This document shows positions 52,701-64,000 of a stretch of 64,000 nucleotides of DNA, in pieces; positions within the stretch are counted from its first letter, which is position 1, and every line of letters begins with the position of its first letter. The position numbers and the translations under genes were made by a program. The stretch is from positions 19,158,001 to 19,222,000 of the forward strand of contig OZ024764.1 of NCBI GenBank assembly GCA_964016885.1, read 5' to 3'. Source of the DNA: Eledone cirrhosa. Lineage: Eukaryota. The notes under the pieces are model-generated. The model was given only the letters and a program-made list of their open reading frames with translations, was not told the origin of the DNA and searched no databases.

Positions 52701-53258
52701 TGACCATTTAGGTCGCCTGCAATAACTATATAGTCACTGTCGGTTATTTGGGAGGTAGTGAGCATCAGTGTCTCATAGAATCTGTCTTTTATAGTGCCGG
52801 GCAGACCGGATTGGGGTGCGTACGCAGATATTACTGTCACCGTAGTTCTATTGAGGACAAGTCTTATTTTAATTATTCTGTCGTTCACTCTATTTACGTC
52901 TATTATCTTATCTGCCCACTTTTCTGCTACCATGATTCCTACTCCACCCAGCCCATCGTCGTTTCCCACCCACAAAAGCTTATAGCATCGTTCTTTACCC
53001 ACGATGAATCTAGCAGACCCACCCCTCCACCTGGTCTCTTGAATACAACAAACATCGACCTCCTTACGTTCAAGCATTTCTACAACCTCGTTAGCGCGAC
53101 CCTTTAAGGTGCCTACATTTATGGTACCAACTCTGAAGTTTTGGATTGCGTTTGTAGGGTGGGGGCAGTGGGGGGCGGGCGGAGATGGGGTTATGTTAGC
53201 CGTCCGTGGTCGAAACAAAGAGGAGTGCTCGCATTCTCGTCCACGAGGTGAATTTGTC
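49715..53258 (-). mobile_element. Near full-length RTE LINE (APE endonuclease + RT + PHD-like finger), two lesions
   Basis: TINVGTL, IQETRW, GDLNGH, VDYIL; FVDLEKAFD, LLYADD. Frameshift ~52450, TAG at 50889-50891. (GAT)n tail; candidate TSD cattat. Confidence 0.97.
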
Positions 53259-53289
<31 letters not shown>

Positions 53290-54799
53290 TTATATATATA
53301 TATATATATATATATACATAAACATGGGCCTACCTACTAATTTCATTTTAGATTATAGACATGTCTGTGTATATTTTAATTATTTAAAAATTATTTTTAA
53401 AGGAAACGTGACCAAACAGGTCACAGGTGTTCTAGTAAGATTATAAATACAAACACACAAAAGATAGAATCTACTCAAACGTTAATATCTCAGACCCCAG
53501 TAGATTACTGGAACTTTAATTTATCCACCCCGTTAGAATGAAAGACAAAGTTAACTTTGGTGGGATTTGAACTCATAACATAAAGGGTTGAAATCCCGCC
53601 GAGGTTAGCTTTGCCCTTCATCTTTACGGGGTTGATTTAAGATCTAATAATAGTTTCTGATTTAGACACAAGGTCGACAATGTTTGGGGGGAATAAGTTG
53701 ATTAAATCAAACACAGTTACTGTGAGATCACTTCTTTGATAGTTTGTTTAAAAATAACTGATTCACAATTTACGTATGAAAAGTTGACAAAGATTTACAA
53801 GTGGTGTTATCAATAAATAGGGCCTTCAAAGTAGCAGGAAACGACTAGATTTGTAGATAAAGAAGTGGGAGACAGGATTATCAGAGTTTAGAAGAGCTAC
53901 ACACTTCTCCAGTTGGCTGGGAAATAATTATCTTTCCTTATTATTTTTCTCGACCTCTTAGATGTTTGCAATCGACTTTTCTTCCTGAAAACGGAAACCC
54001 TAACCCTAATACTGGGGAATAAAACGTCTATTGCAAGTATCTAAAGGGTTCAGAGAAAATATTGAAAAGGGGTCTAGAAAAAAATCTAAGAAAAATAATT
54101 ATTTCCCACCCAACGTGAGGTGTGAGTAGATCTGTGAAACTACACCTCTTCGTATACTTTCACCCTACTTTTTCTACAAATCTAGTCGTTTCCGTGAGGG
54201 TACCTGGTTATTTCAGCCCCTTAGCCTCACCTTACCGAGGTGTCAGGTGATACCCGTGAGGGTACCTGGTTATTTCAACACCTTAGTAATGCTGCCAGTG
54301 TGTTGGCTTGCCTCAAAGTGTGTAGTTAACCCCTAAGGTGTGAGGTGTGGCCTAGTGGTGAATTGCCATCTCTCACTGTGTTTTTCTTTCCTTTATCATT
54401 ATTGGTCAATAAATTATATTATTATACACAGTTTAGACAATATATTTGTAATGTCTTTCTCAAGGAATTGCCAGCAATTTATGTTATTTACACACGTTAT
54501 TTATGTATATATTTAAAACATATTTACAACGTTATTCTACTGTAAATTTATATAATTGTAATAAAATATATTAATTATATCATCACATAATATAAAAACG
54601 ACCTTTAGAATATTTAAATATTTAGTTTTGTTAATTTATTTTTCAGCAACAACAAAAGTTTTCACTTTAATTAATTAGAGGTAGGTAAAATATAGATAAT
54701 TACGATAACATTTTATATTTCCAGTAATGAAACAAACAAGAAAATATATATTTGTGATGTGAAAAGTGAGCTTAAATCTAGAATATTAATAGACATAAT

Positions 54800-54932
54800 A
54801 CTTACATTATAGTTTCAGGTGTTTAGTATTTACAGAAATGTTTTCTAAATGTTGTTGTTGGAAGACTAACACGTGGACAGGAAGTCGACATATGCACCAC
54901 TGCGCATGCTTCAAGGCTTTTTTGTGACGTAA
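54800..54932 (-). promoter_or_regulatory. Putative promoter and exon 1 of ZNF copy 3 (P5)
   Basis: CACGTG 54870-54875, CAGGAAGT, TGCGCATGC 54901-54909, TGACGTAA 54925-54932; donor at 54805-54800. Confidence 0.6.
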
Positions 54933-57040
54933 AAATATTTTTACCGAATTAAATTATGTAAAGTTTGTAATAAAAAATGAAGTTGAAAACAGTAAATGTA
55001 ATTAAAATAGAGAAAGTAAGGTGTTGGTGGTGAGGAATGGACGGTAGACGTTTTACCTCAGTCTAGGTAGTGTATTTTACCTGTGTCACTCGGACAATAG
55101 CCAGCGATGACCACTACACCAACCACTCTCTCCTTCAGGTGGTGTCCACTTTCGTGAGTCTGTAGAATAACAGGGCAGTTGGAAGGCAGAGGAGGTCTTG
55201 ACTAGAAAAGAGTATCAGTTGATACCACGATATAACCTGTTGGTAGATATAGTAGGGTGCAGGATCACTCGAGTACCCTGGCAAAGATCAACGGGTATCT
55301 CGGTAAGATCGGGTAGTATGGAGACGAAGTTGCCAGAAGAACTAAGTACCCTGACAGAGATAACCGTGTATCTCGGTAATATCGGGTAATATGGAGGATA
55401 AGCTGCCAGGACAGCTAAGTACCCTCACAAGAGTCATCGGGTACTTCGGTAAAGCCAGCCGCCAACAGTGACAACAACTTCGTTGTCAGCAGCCCAGCTT
55501 CTCAAACATCACAGACTGGAATAAATACTTTACCGATAATTACTGGTAGTTTAACTTTTATTTCGTTCGTCTATGGAAGCCGTGACCCTCACTTTTACTA
55601 CAGCATGTAGGATGTGGGAGAGAGACAAAAACATCACTAACTGGGGTCTCACAAATGTGACAGTTAGTTTTGAAAATATATATACAAGATACAAGACAAA
55701 TGACTAGACTGAAATATATTTGATAGGGAATAAAGAGTAGAATATTCTAGTCTGGGGTGTTGGAGAAGTTTGGAGGAGATAGGTCCCTGACAACGAGGTT
55801 CTTGTTATCGTTGGCAGCTCTCCTTACCGAGGTGTCAGGTGATATATATGAGGGTGTTTGGTAGTTCCAACATCTTAGCCTTGCTATCACTCGAGGTAAG
55901 ACTGTCTCAGAAAGTATTAGAGGGAGACTCCGGCACCCCATGTGATGTGAGACTGATTGACAGAGTGTTGACTTAATATTTTCATTTGTTGTGATTCTAT
56001 GTGAAATATATCTCTATGTAAGTAACTTGGTTACGTGAATCATTGTGACTCTCGTAAATACTTAAACAGAAATCTACTTAGGACACAAAATAAAGCAGAG
56101 TCCATTGTACAAAACATATAAAGGACGTATATCAAAAAGAAGGGGGAATGTAACGAGAATTGTCTCCCCTTACATATGTTTTACAGTAGTGTACGTTTGT
56201 GTGTTTCTCTCTCTCTCTCTATATATATATAAATATATATATTTTTTTTACGATCGACTTTTCGTCAAATCGGACCGAGGAAACAATGTTTCCATTGGTC
56301 TTTCCAATTGCTAATACTATCTATCGGTCGCAACTCCAGAAGACTGCAAAAGACTGTCTCATACTTCTTTGAAAGATGTTTTCAAACAAACACGTGTACA
56401 AAATCCTGTTGTGTTAAAAGTAATAATTACGTATGAAACAAATTATTCATTAAAGTAATTAGCAAATACGTTTTTATATATGGTGTCTAGCAAGGGGACC
56501 CACTCGCCTCACTCCTATCGGTGCTGACAGTTGACAACATGGTCTAGTTACAGCTGTCTGGTACGTAGATGACACAACCTTGGGTGGCTCGGCTGAGACA
56601 GGCTAAGGCCTCTCTAAACCCAAGTATATTACAGTCCTACATAACTGGGATGACATCAATTGTAGGTAGGTCTCTTCACACCGGTCACCATCAAGACCTC
56701 AGAAGTATTTAGACCCCGTACTGCCAAGCTCCTCTGTAAGATCAGTAGGTTGGTGGCCCTTCTGAAGAGGGAGTCCCATGAGGTTGGGGTGGCTGTAACT
56801 GTCCATCGTCCGGGGCAAATACTTTTGCAGTCTTATCCACAGGGCGCAGCACTTCTGCCCCCTTAACCTAGACCCAAAGCACAATTATTTGCTTTTTGCT
56901 GAATTGTGGGTACTTTCGTATTTAGTTCTTTTGTGACCCTTCTTTGAAATGTCTTTGTGTCATGTGGTGACCTCCTGGTAGTTAATGTAGCAGAAGACAC
57001 TGAAGGACATGCTGCCCTCCCTAGTGTTGGTAACCTACAT

Positions 57041-59087
57041 CAGACACATCAAACATGCGGCCTTTTGCAAGCAAACCTGCGGCCCACACAAAGGTTTTTA
57101 CAGTGCCACCATGTTTCATTTTCGTAATATAAAATTTAAAACATTTTCGATACAATTATTTTTTTTGGTGCAATTTTTGTCAACTACTTTTAACTTCCAT
57201 TAATCACGTGCAGCTCATTAACAGAAAACTTTCTTTCAAAATTTCAAATGATTTTGTTTTTGAAATGGTTAGTGCTCCTCCAGCTAAGAGAAAAAGGAAA
57301 TTGAACGAAGAAGGGCAAGTGTTTCAAGAAAAGTGGGAATTACAGTATTTTTGCTCAACGCTGAACAGAAAGATACACTGTTTAATTTGCAACAACTACA
57401 TCTCCACGCCAAAAGAGTACAATTTAAAAAGACATTATGAAACAAACCCTCGATCTTACGATAAATATGAAGGCCCAATGTGTGTTTCAAGACTCAAGGA
57501 ATTGAAGGTTAACTTGACACAGCAACAGACCTGTTTTATGTTAATTCAGGAAGAGAATGTCACTTCCGTTACTGCAAGCTATGAACTCAGTCAAATGATT
57601 GCCATGAGTGGGAAATCTTACAGTGAAGGAGATTTTGTAAAGCAATGTCTTGTAAAAACAGCTGAAATTGTCCAGAGAAAGCAGAGTTATTCAAAGACAT
57701 TTCATTAACCAGTAACACTGTTGCTGAACAGATTAATGAAATGTCAGGTGATCTGAAACAACAGTTAAAGGCTGTATCATCAAGGTTTGAACATGTTTCT
57801 ATTGCTATTGATGAGACTGTTGACATCACTGGAATAGTACAGATTGCATTCTTTATCAGGGCCTGTGACAGTGAATTTAATATTTATGAAGAACTGATTG
57901 AACTGGTCCCCATGCATGACACTATAACAAGCCAGGACATCTTTGAGAAGGTCAAGCAGGGTCTGCATGGTTTTGATCTGAGTAAACTTGCATGTTTATC
58001 TACTGACAGTGCTGCGAATATGGTTGGTAGACATAATGGTGTTGCTGCCAAGTTACAAACAAAAATAGAAAACTCATATCTAGATTCATCATTTGCACAT
58101 TTTCACTATTATTCATCAACAAAATTTATGTTCAAAGATTTTAAAATTGCATCATGTGCTTAGTTTGGTCACAAAGACAGTGAACTAAATCAGAGGCCGT
58201 GCTCTCAACCACCGTCAGTTCAGCCAGTTGTTCGAAGATATGGATAATCAGTTCACCGATGTTCCATTCTACACAGAAGTCTGCTGGTTGACATGTCACA
58301 AAGTGCTGAAAAGATGCTATTTGTTGAAATAATTATGTTTTTGGAGATGAAAGGTCAAAACACAGATGAGATAAAAGATGAAAGTTGGCGCCAACATCTG
58401 GCTTTTTTTGTGGATATTACTGCACAATTAACTGATCTAATTTGAAATTACAAGGTAAAAACAAACCCATCACTCAGTTGTATGATGACATTAAGTTCTT
58501 CATTAGAAAACTTAGCTTATGGAAGTCTCCGTTGTCAGGTGAAAATTTAATTCATTTTCTTATGTGCAAAGAGCTGAAAATCACTGCCCATACTGAGTTT
58601 GTACTTATCTTAACAAAAACTTCTCAGAGAACAAGGCTGACAGATCAACACTTGTCATTTCTGATTAAAGTTGGAACTGTGCAGACATTTCAGCCAGATA
58701 TACCAAAAATCGTCAACAGAAAGAAGTGTCAAGCCTCAGGACAAAACACTAAAAATGGTTGAATAGTAGCAAATAAATGTTCAGTTTTGAACTGTTGTTA
58801 TTTGTGTACAATGTATTTGTTGCTGTTACAATCTGCAAGTATATGTTGACATGTTAAATTTTAGTTTTTTGTCAAACTACTTCATTACTTTGTATTCATG
58901 AATGCTGCTAAAACATTTGTATGTACATTGTATGTTTCTAAATTTAAGTAACAAATCTTTCTGTATTAAATTTTATGAAATGACCTTAATTAGTTGTTGT
59001 GTACATAATTAGTTGCAGTGTGCAACCCTCAGACAACACATGTGACCTATGTGGCCCTTGGGGAACCCTCAGTTTGTTATGCCTCAC
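57041..59087 (+). mobile_element. hAT (SPIN/Buster, GTF2IRD2-like) DNA transposon, decayed
   Basis: KRK..EEGQVFQEKW...CLIC...YNLKRHYET (BED-like), SIAIDETVDIT, STDSAANMVG, LKLQGK; tgcggccc/tgtggccc subterminal motifs. Confidence 0.88.
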
Positions 59088-60145
59088 CTACATGATAAAC
59101 ACACCCAACACAGGCTGTAATGTGGTTGGTCATGTGAAGGACATCTAGCCATAGAAAGCTTGCCGACAATAGTGTCGGAGAACCCTTCAATCATGACAAA
59201 GACATGACAACCTTTGGTTGACATGTCACAAAGTGCTGAAAAGATGCTATTTGTTGAAATAATTATGTTTTTGGAGATGAAAGGTCAAAACACAGATGAG
59301 ATAAAAGATGAAAGTTGGCGCCAACATCTGGCTTTTTTGTGGATATTACTGCACAATTAACTGATCTTAATTTGAAATTACAAGGTAAAAACAAACCCAT
59401 CACTCAGTTGTATGATGACATCAAGTTCTTCATTAGAAAACTTAGCTTATGGAAGTCTCCGTTGTCAGGTGAAAATTTAATTCATTTTCTTATGTGCAAA
59501 GAGCTGAAAATCACTGCCCATACTGAGTCTGTACTTATCTTAACAAAAACTTCTCAGAGAACAAGGCTGACAGATCAACACTTGTCATTTCTGATTAAAG
59601 TTGGAACTGTACAGACATTTCAGCCAGATATACCAAAAATCGTCAACAGAAAGAAGTGTCAAGCCTCAGGGCAAAACACTAAAAATGGTTGAATAGTAGC
59701 AAATAAATGTTCAGTTTTGAACTGTTGTTATTTGTGTACAATGTATTTGTTGCTGTTACAATCTGCAAGTATATGTTGACATGTTAAATTTTAGTTTTTT
59801 GTCAAACTACTTCATTACTTTGTATTCATGAATGCTGCTAAAACATTTGTATGTACATTGTATGTTTCTAAATTTAAGTAACAAATCTTTCTGTATTAAA
59901 TTTTATGAAATGACCTTAATTAGTTGTTGTGTACATAATTAGTTGCAGTGTGCAACCCTCAGACAACACATGTGACCTATGTGGCCCTTGGGGAACCCTC
60001 AGTTTGTTATGCCTCACCTACATGATAAACACACCCAACACAGGCTGTAATGTGGTTGGTCATGTGAAGGACATCTAGCCATAGAAAGCTTGCCTGACAA
60101 TAGTGTCGGAGAACCCTTCAATCATGACAAAGACATGACAACCTT
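58285..60145 (+). repeat. ~930-bp direct tandem duplication (58285-59214 / 59215-60145)
   Basis: tggttgacatgtcacaaag at 58285 and 59215; near-identical copies. Confidence 0.95.
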
Positions 60146-60309
60146 TTCTGTGCACTCAGTAGCAAATGAGACCTTATGTAAATAAGTCTCAGATCCTTGG
60201 TCTGTCTGGGAGATCAGTAGCCTCACTTCAGTACTTACTTGGTTGAAGTAGACTCATTAAACCCTTGCTAGCAGGGAAATCTGATGCTGATTATGTAACC
60301 TCAACCTCT

Positions 60310-60810
60310 TCTTATTAACCCACTTATTCCAGAGAGGGTCTTGGGGGCAGAGTCCTCAAACACTCCCTCCAACAGGTCCTGTCAGAAGCAACCCACTCCA
60401 ACTGATCTGGCTGGATCTCCCAGAGAGACCAGCCAAGCTCATGGATGTTATGCGACCATCTTGCTCAAGTCTACCCCTGGGTCTCCTGCCGGTTAGTTTT
60501 GCCTGTAAAATCTATCCAGTGATTCTTTCCTCAGACATTCTAACCACATGGCCATAGTATTGCAGCTGTGATCTCTCAATTCGGAGAAGTAACAGCTCCA
60601 CCTGGAGTGACTCTCTGATCTCAGAGCTATGCACTTTATTGAGAAACGTTTCTTCAAAGACCCTTCAGAGGAATCCCATATCTGCCATTTGTATTCCCAA
60701 TCATATTCTTTTGGTCATTACCCAAGATATGTGACCATAGGTAAGGGTTGGCACAAAAACCTAATTGAAGACAGCAAGTTTGGCTTTTATGCCTACCTCC
60801 CTTCTTCTGA
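60310..60810 (-). mobile_element. Divergent LINE (RTE-like) 3' fragment
   Basis: Minus strand LLLLRIERSQLQYYGHVVRMSE. Confidence 0.6.
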
Positions 60811-63800
60811 TTAGTGAATATTGGAGCTGGTGCATTACTGATATTTCACTGCCCACACTGCAAAGTGGTTGGGTAGGAGATATGACAAAAAGCACCCAAC
60901 CCACACTGTAGAGAACACACAATCAACATTATAAGGTAGTCATGTAGGTGATATGATAAAAAGAAACCAGCCCACACTACAGAGAACACACAGCCAACAT
61001 TATAAGTTGGTCATGTAGGTGATATGACAAAAAGAAACCAGCCCACACTGCAAATAACACACAGTCAACATTATAAGGTGGTCATGTAGATGTTATGACA
61101 AAAAGTACCCAGCCCACACTGTAAAGTGCTCATGTAGGTGACAACAAAAAGAACCCAGCCAAAACTTTAAAGTGGTTGTGTAGGTGTCACAACAAAAAGC
61201 ACCCAGTCCACACTATAAAGTGGTCATGTAGGTGTCACAACAAAAAGTACCCAGTCCACACTATAAAGTGGTCATGTAGGTGTGACGACAAAAAGCACCC
61301 AGTGCAAACTGTAAAGTGGTCATGTAGGTGTCACAACAAAAAGTACCCAGTCTACACTGTAAAGTGGTTCTGTAGGTGTCACAACAAAAAGGTTCTTCTC
61401 TAAAAATATATAATTATCTTTTATATTAATGTTAATGATGAAGAATAAATAATATAATAAATATACCACCATAGGTGCTGAGGTGGCTAGCTGCTGGTGT
61501 GAGCCTCACGAGATGGAATGGCTCTTCCAGCACATCTAGAACAACATGACCCTCTAATATCTAGTATTTAGTAACAAACTAGACCACCCGGGACCTGTTG
61601 GGTCACGTTCCCTTAAAACTATTTTTTTTAAATCATGTTCACTTAAAAATAATTTTCAAATAGTTAAAATATAGACATATATATATATATATATAGACAC
61701 ATATATACACACGCATTTTATTAAACATCACCACCAGCTCTCTCTCTTTCTCTTCCCCTTTCCATCCATCTCCTTTTCAATCCACACTCTCACAACCACT
61801 ATCTCTTTCTCTCCCTATATTTATGAAGGTACCCAGAAAACCCCGTATCTTGGGAACCTGTGCTCCAATTTATACAAAACTTGTTTTATTCTTTTCAAAG
61901 TATTTCCCCATTATGCACTGTTTTAGCTGTATTAAATTACAGACAAGACACAATCACAGAGTTTTAGTAGTATATAGATAATATAGCTTCAAATTAAAGT
62001 TAGTAAACAACAGTTTGGAGAAATCTGTAACATTTATTAAACATTCCTCAAGTTTGTCAATTCTATAGCACAATAGTTTGTTAGTTAAAGTGTTTAGTTA
62101 GATGTTCTACATATAAAGAAGAGAGAATACTTTACCACAAATATTACAGTGGTATAATGATTTTCCCATCTCTTCTGGAAAATATTCCTATGTTGATGTA
62201 AATATTTCTATTGTTCATAATTTTATCAAATGTGATCTTTGTCAATATCCAAATATTTTGAAAACTCCTTTGTAAATATCTAAAGTTTAATCAGAATGTA
62301 AAATCATCTTGTAAATATTCCAGACAGTGAAAAAGGAAAATATTTATCTCAATTCAGAAGAAATATTTCACCATAATTCACCACAGACTAAACAAGTTTA
62401 TATCACTTGTATGTAACATCTTTCTGTTGTCTTTAAAAGACTCTTTTCTGTCAAGGTCATGTGATATTCTGAAATAGTAGAGAAACATTATTAAGATATT
62501 TAGAAAATAGAGATACAACAGTGAAAACTTTACTACATCTCTATATTAATAGATATAAACCTTACATGGTGACACAAACACTGCAACACTAACTTACAGG
62601 AAAACATCTAGTTACTTGATCTAGTTACTTCAATCAGGTGAAGAGATAAACTAGATTGACTTCATTCTCATCAGAAAACAGGATAGACAGATGGTTGGGA
62701 ATATTAACTCCTTTACTGGAGAAGGACATACCACTCAACATAGACTAGATACTAGGTGTAAGATCTAGAGGGACTGACAGATACAAGACTAGCTGGAGAT
62801 AGAAGGGTTGGAGAGTAAAAGATCTCCCTGTTAAATATAAGATCTAGAGGGACTGTGAGAGAGGTACAAGACAACCTAGAGAAAAGGGAAGGGATAGTAA
62901 AAGATCTCCGTGTTAAATATAAGATATAGCGGGACTGTGAGAGAGATACAAGACAACCTAAATAAAGAGTAGAGATAATAAAAGATCTTCCTGTTAAATA
63001 TAAAATCTAGAAGGGCAGTGAGAGAGGTACAAGACAACTTAGAGAAAAGGGTAGGGATAGTAAAAGATCTCCCTGTTAAATATAAGATCTAGAGGGACTG
63101 TGAGAGAGGTACAACACCACCTAGAGAAAAGGGTAGGGATAGTAAAAGATCTCCCTGTTAAATATAAGATCTACAGGGACTGTGAGAGAGGTACAAGACA
63201 ACCTAGAGAAAAGGGTAGGGACAGTAAAAGAGCTCCCTGTTAAATATAAATTCAGAGATGTTCTACATGATACATATGATAAGGAGGAGGAGATTGATAG
63301 CTATGACATAGAAGATATCTGGAAGTTTCTTTCTGCCAGCAAGATGAATGTTGCCTTGGTGATGGAATAGTACAGTAGATAGAAGTTGAAATCTAAAAGA
63401 CCTGAAGAGACAGGAGGGGAACAACAATATCAAATAGTTAAAATGGAAGCTAGATATTGATTACAAGTTATTGATTTCTGTTGTTATTGTTAAAATCTGT
63501 TTAATCTGTGATATTTGAGACAATGTACAGGACAATAGAATTAATATCAATGTCAGACTAGCAACAACAAAAGTTTTCATTTTATTGGCAGGTTTAAATT
63601 ACAGAAGTTCCCAACCTTTACTAAAAATACAAATATATATCTTACCTGTTAAAGTATAATAAATCAAAGTTTAATGTGAAAAACTTTAATTTACACAAAA
63701 TCTTCAAACACTGCTTCAAAAATGGAAACCTGGTGTTTATGATCCCTGTCATAGGTAAAACCTACAAGGTTAACCCCAGTTTTAGCAAGGATGATGGATC

Positions 63801-63855
63801 TACACATTGGTTGTTGTTGTTGTAGTATGATGTAATGAGTTTGATATTGATACAG

Positions 63856-64000
<145 letters not shown>

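Noticed and set aside
52418-53287. MYIYIYIYI N-terminus of the RTE ORF
   Set aside because: Read-through of the flanking (TA)n microsatellite.

Overview
Eukaryotic, AT-rich, repeat-dense animal DNA, most likely from an octopus or other coleoid cephalopod. That is an inference from the effector-less [17 protein letters not shown]2H2 genes with single coding exons and from the RTE/SINE content. The window is a tandem array of five variably deleted copies of one ~19 kb unit, starting at about 1, 19471, 38172, 44564 and 53668. The ancestral unit appears to hold one minus-strand poly-C2H2 zinc-finger gene: an E-box/ETS/NRF1/CRE promoter, a short non-coding exon 1, a TE-filled intron and one large coding exon. 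The four ZNF arrays are: frameshifted (13971-15504, 18 fingers), intact (31732-33432, 20 fingers), locally inverted and truncated (47584-48668), and partial at the right edge. Copy-specific insertions include two Gypsy LTR elements (the second a recombinant chimera), a CRE-clade RLE LINE with a PHD finger, several RTE LINEs, Tigger, hAT and Merlin DNA transposons, and a tRNA-SINE. Shared components are Helitrons, a foldback MITE and several minisatellites, some derived from LINE sequence. The most notable structure is the paralog whose finger array is flipped relative to its retained promoter and splice sites, which predicts an antisense ZNF RNA. All calls were made by eye with no database search, and boundaries are approximate.
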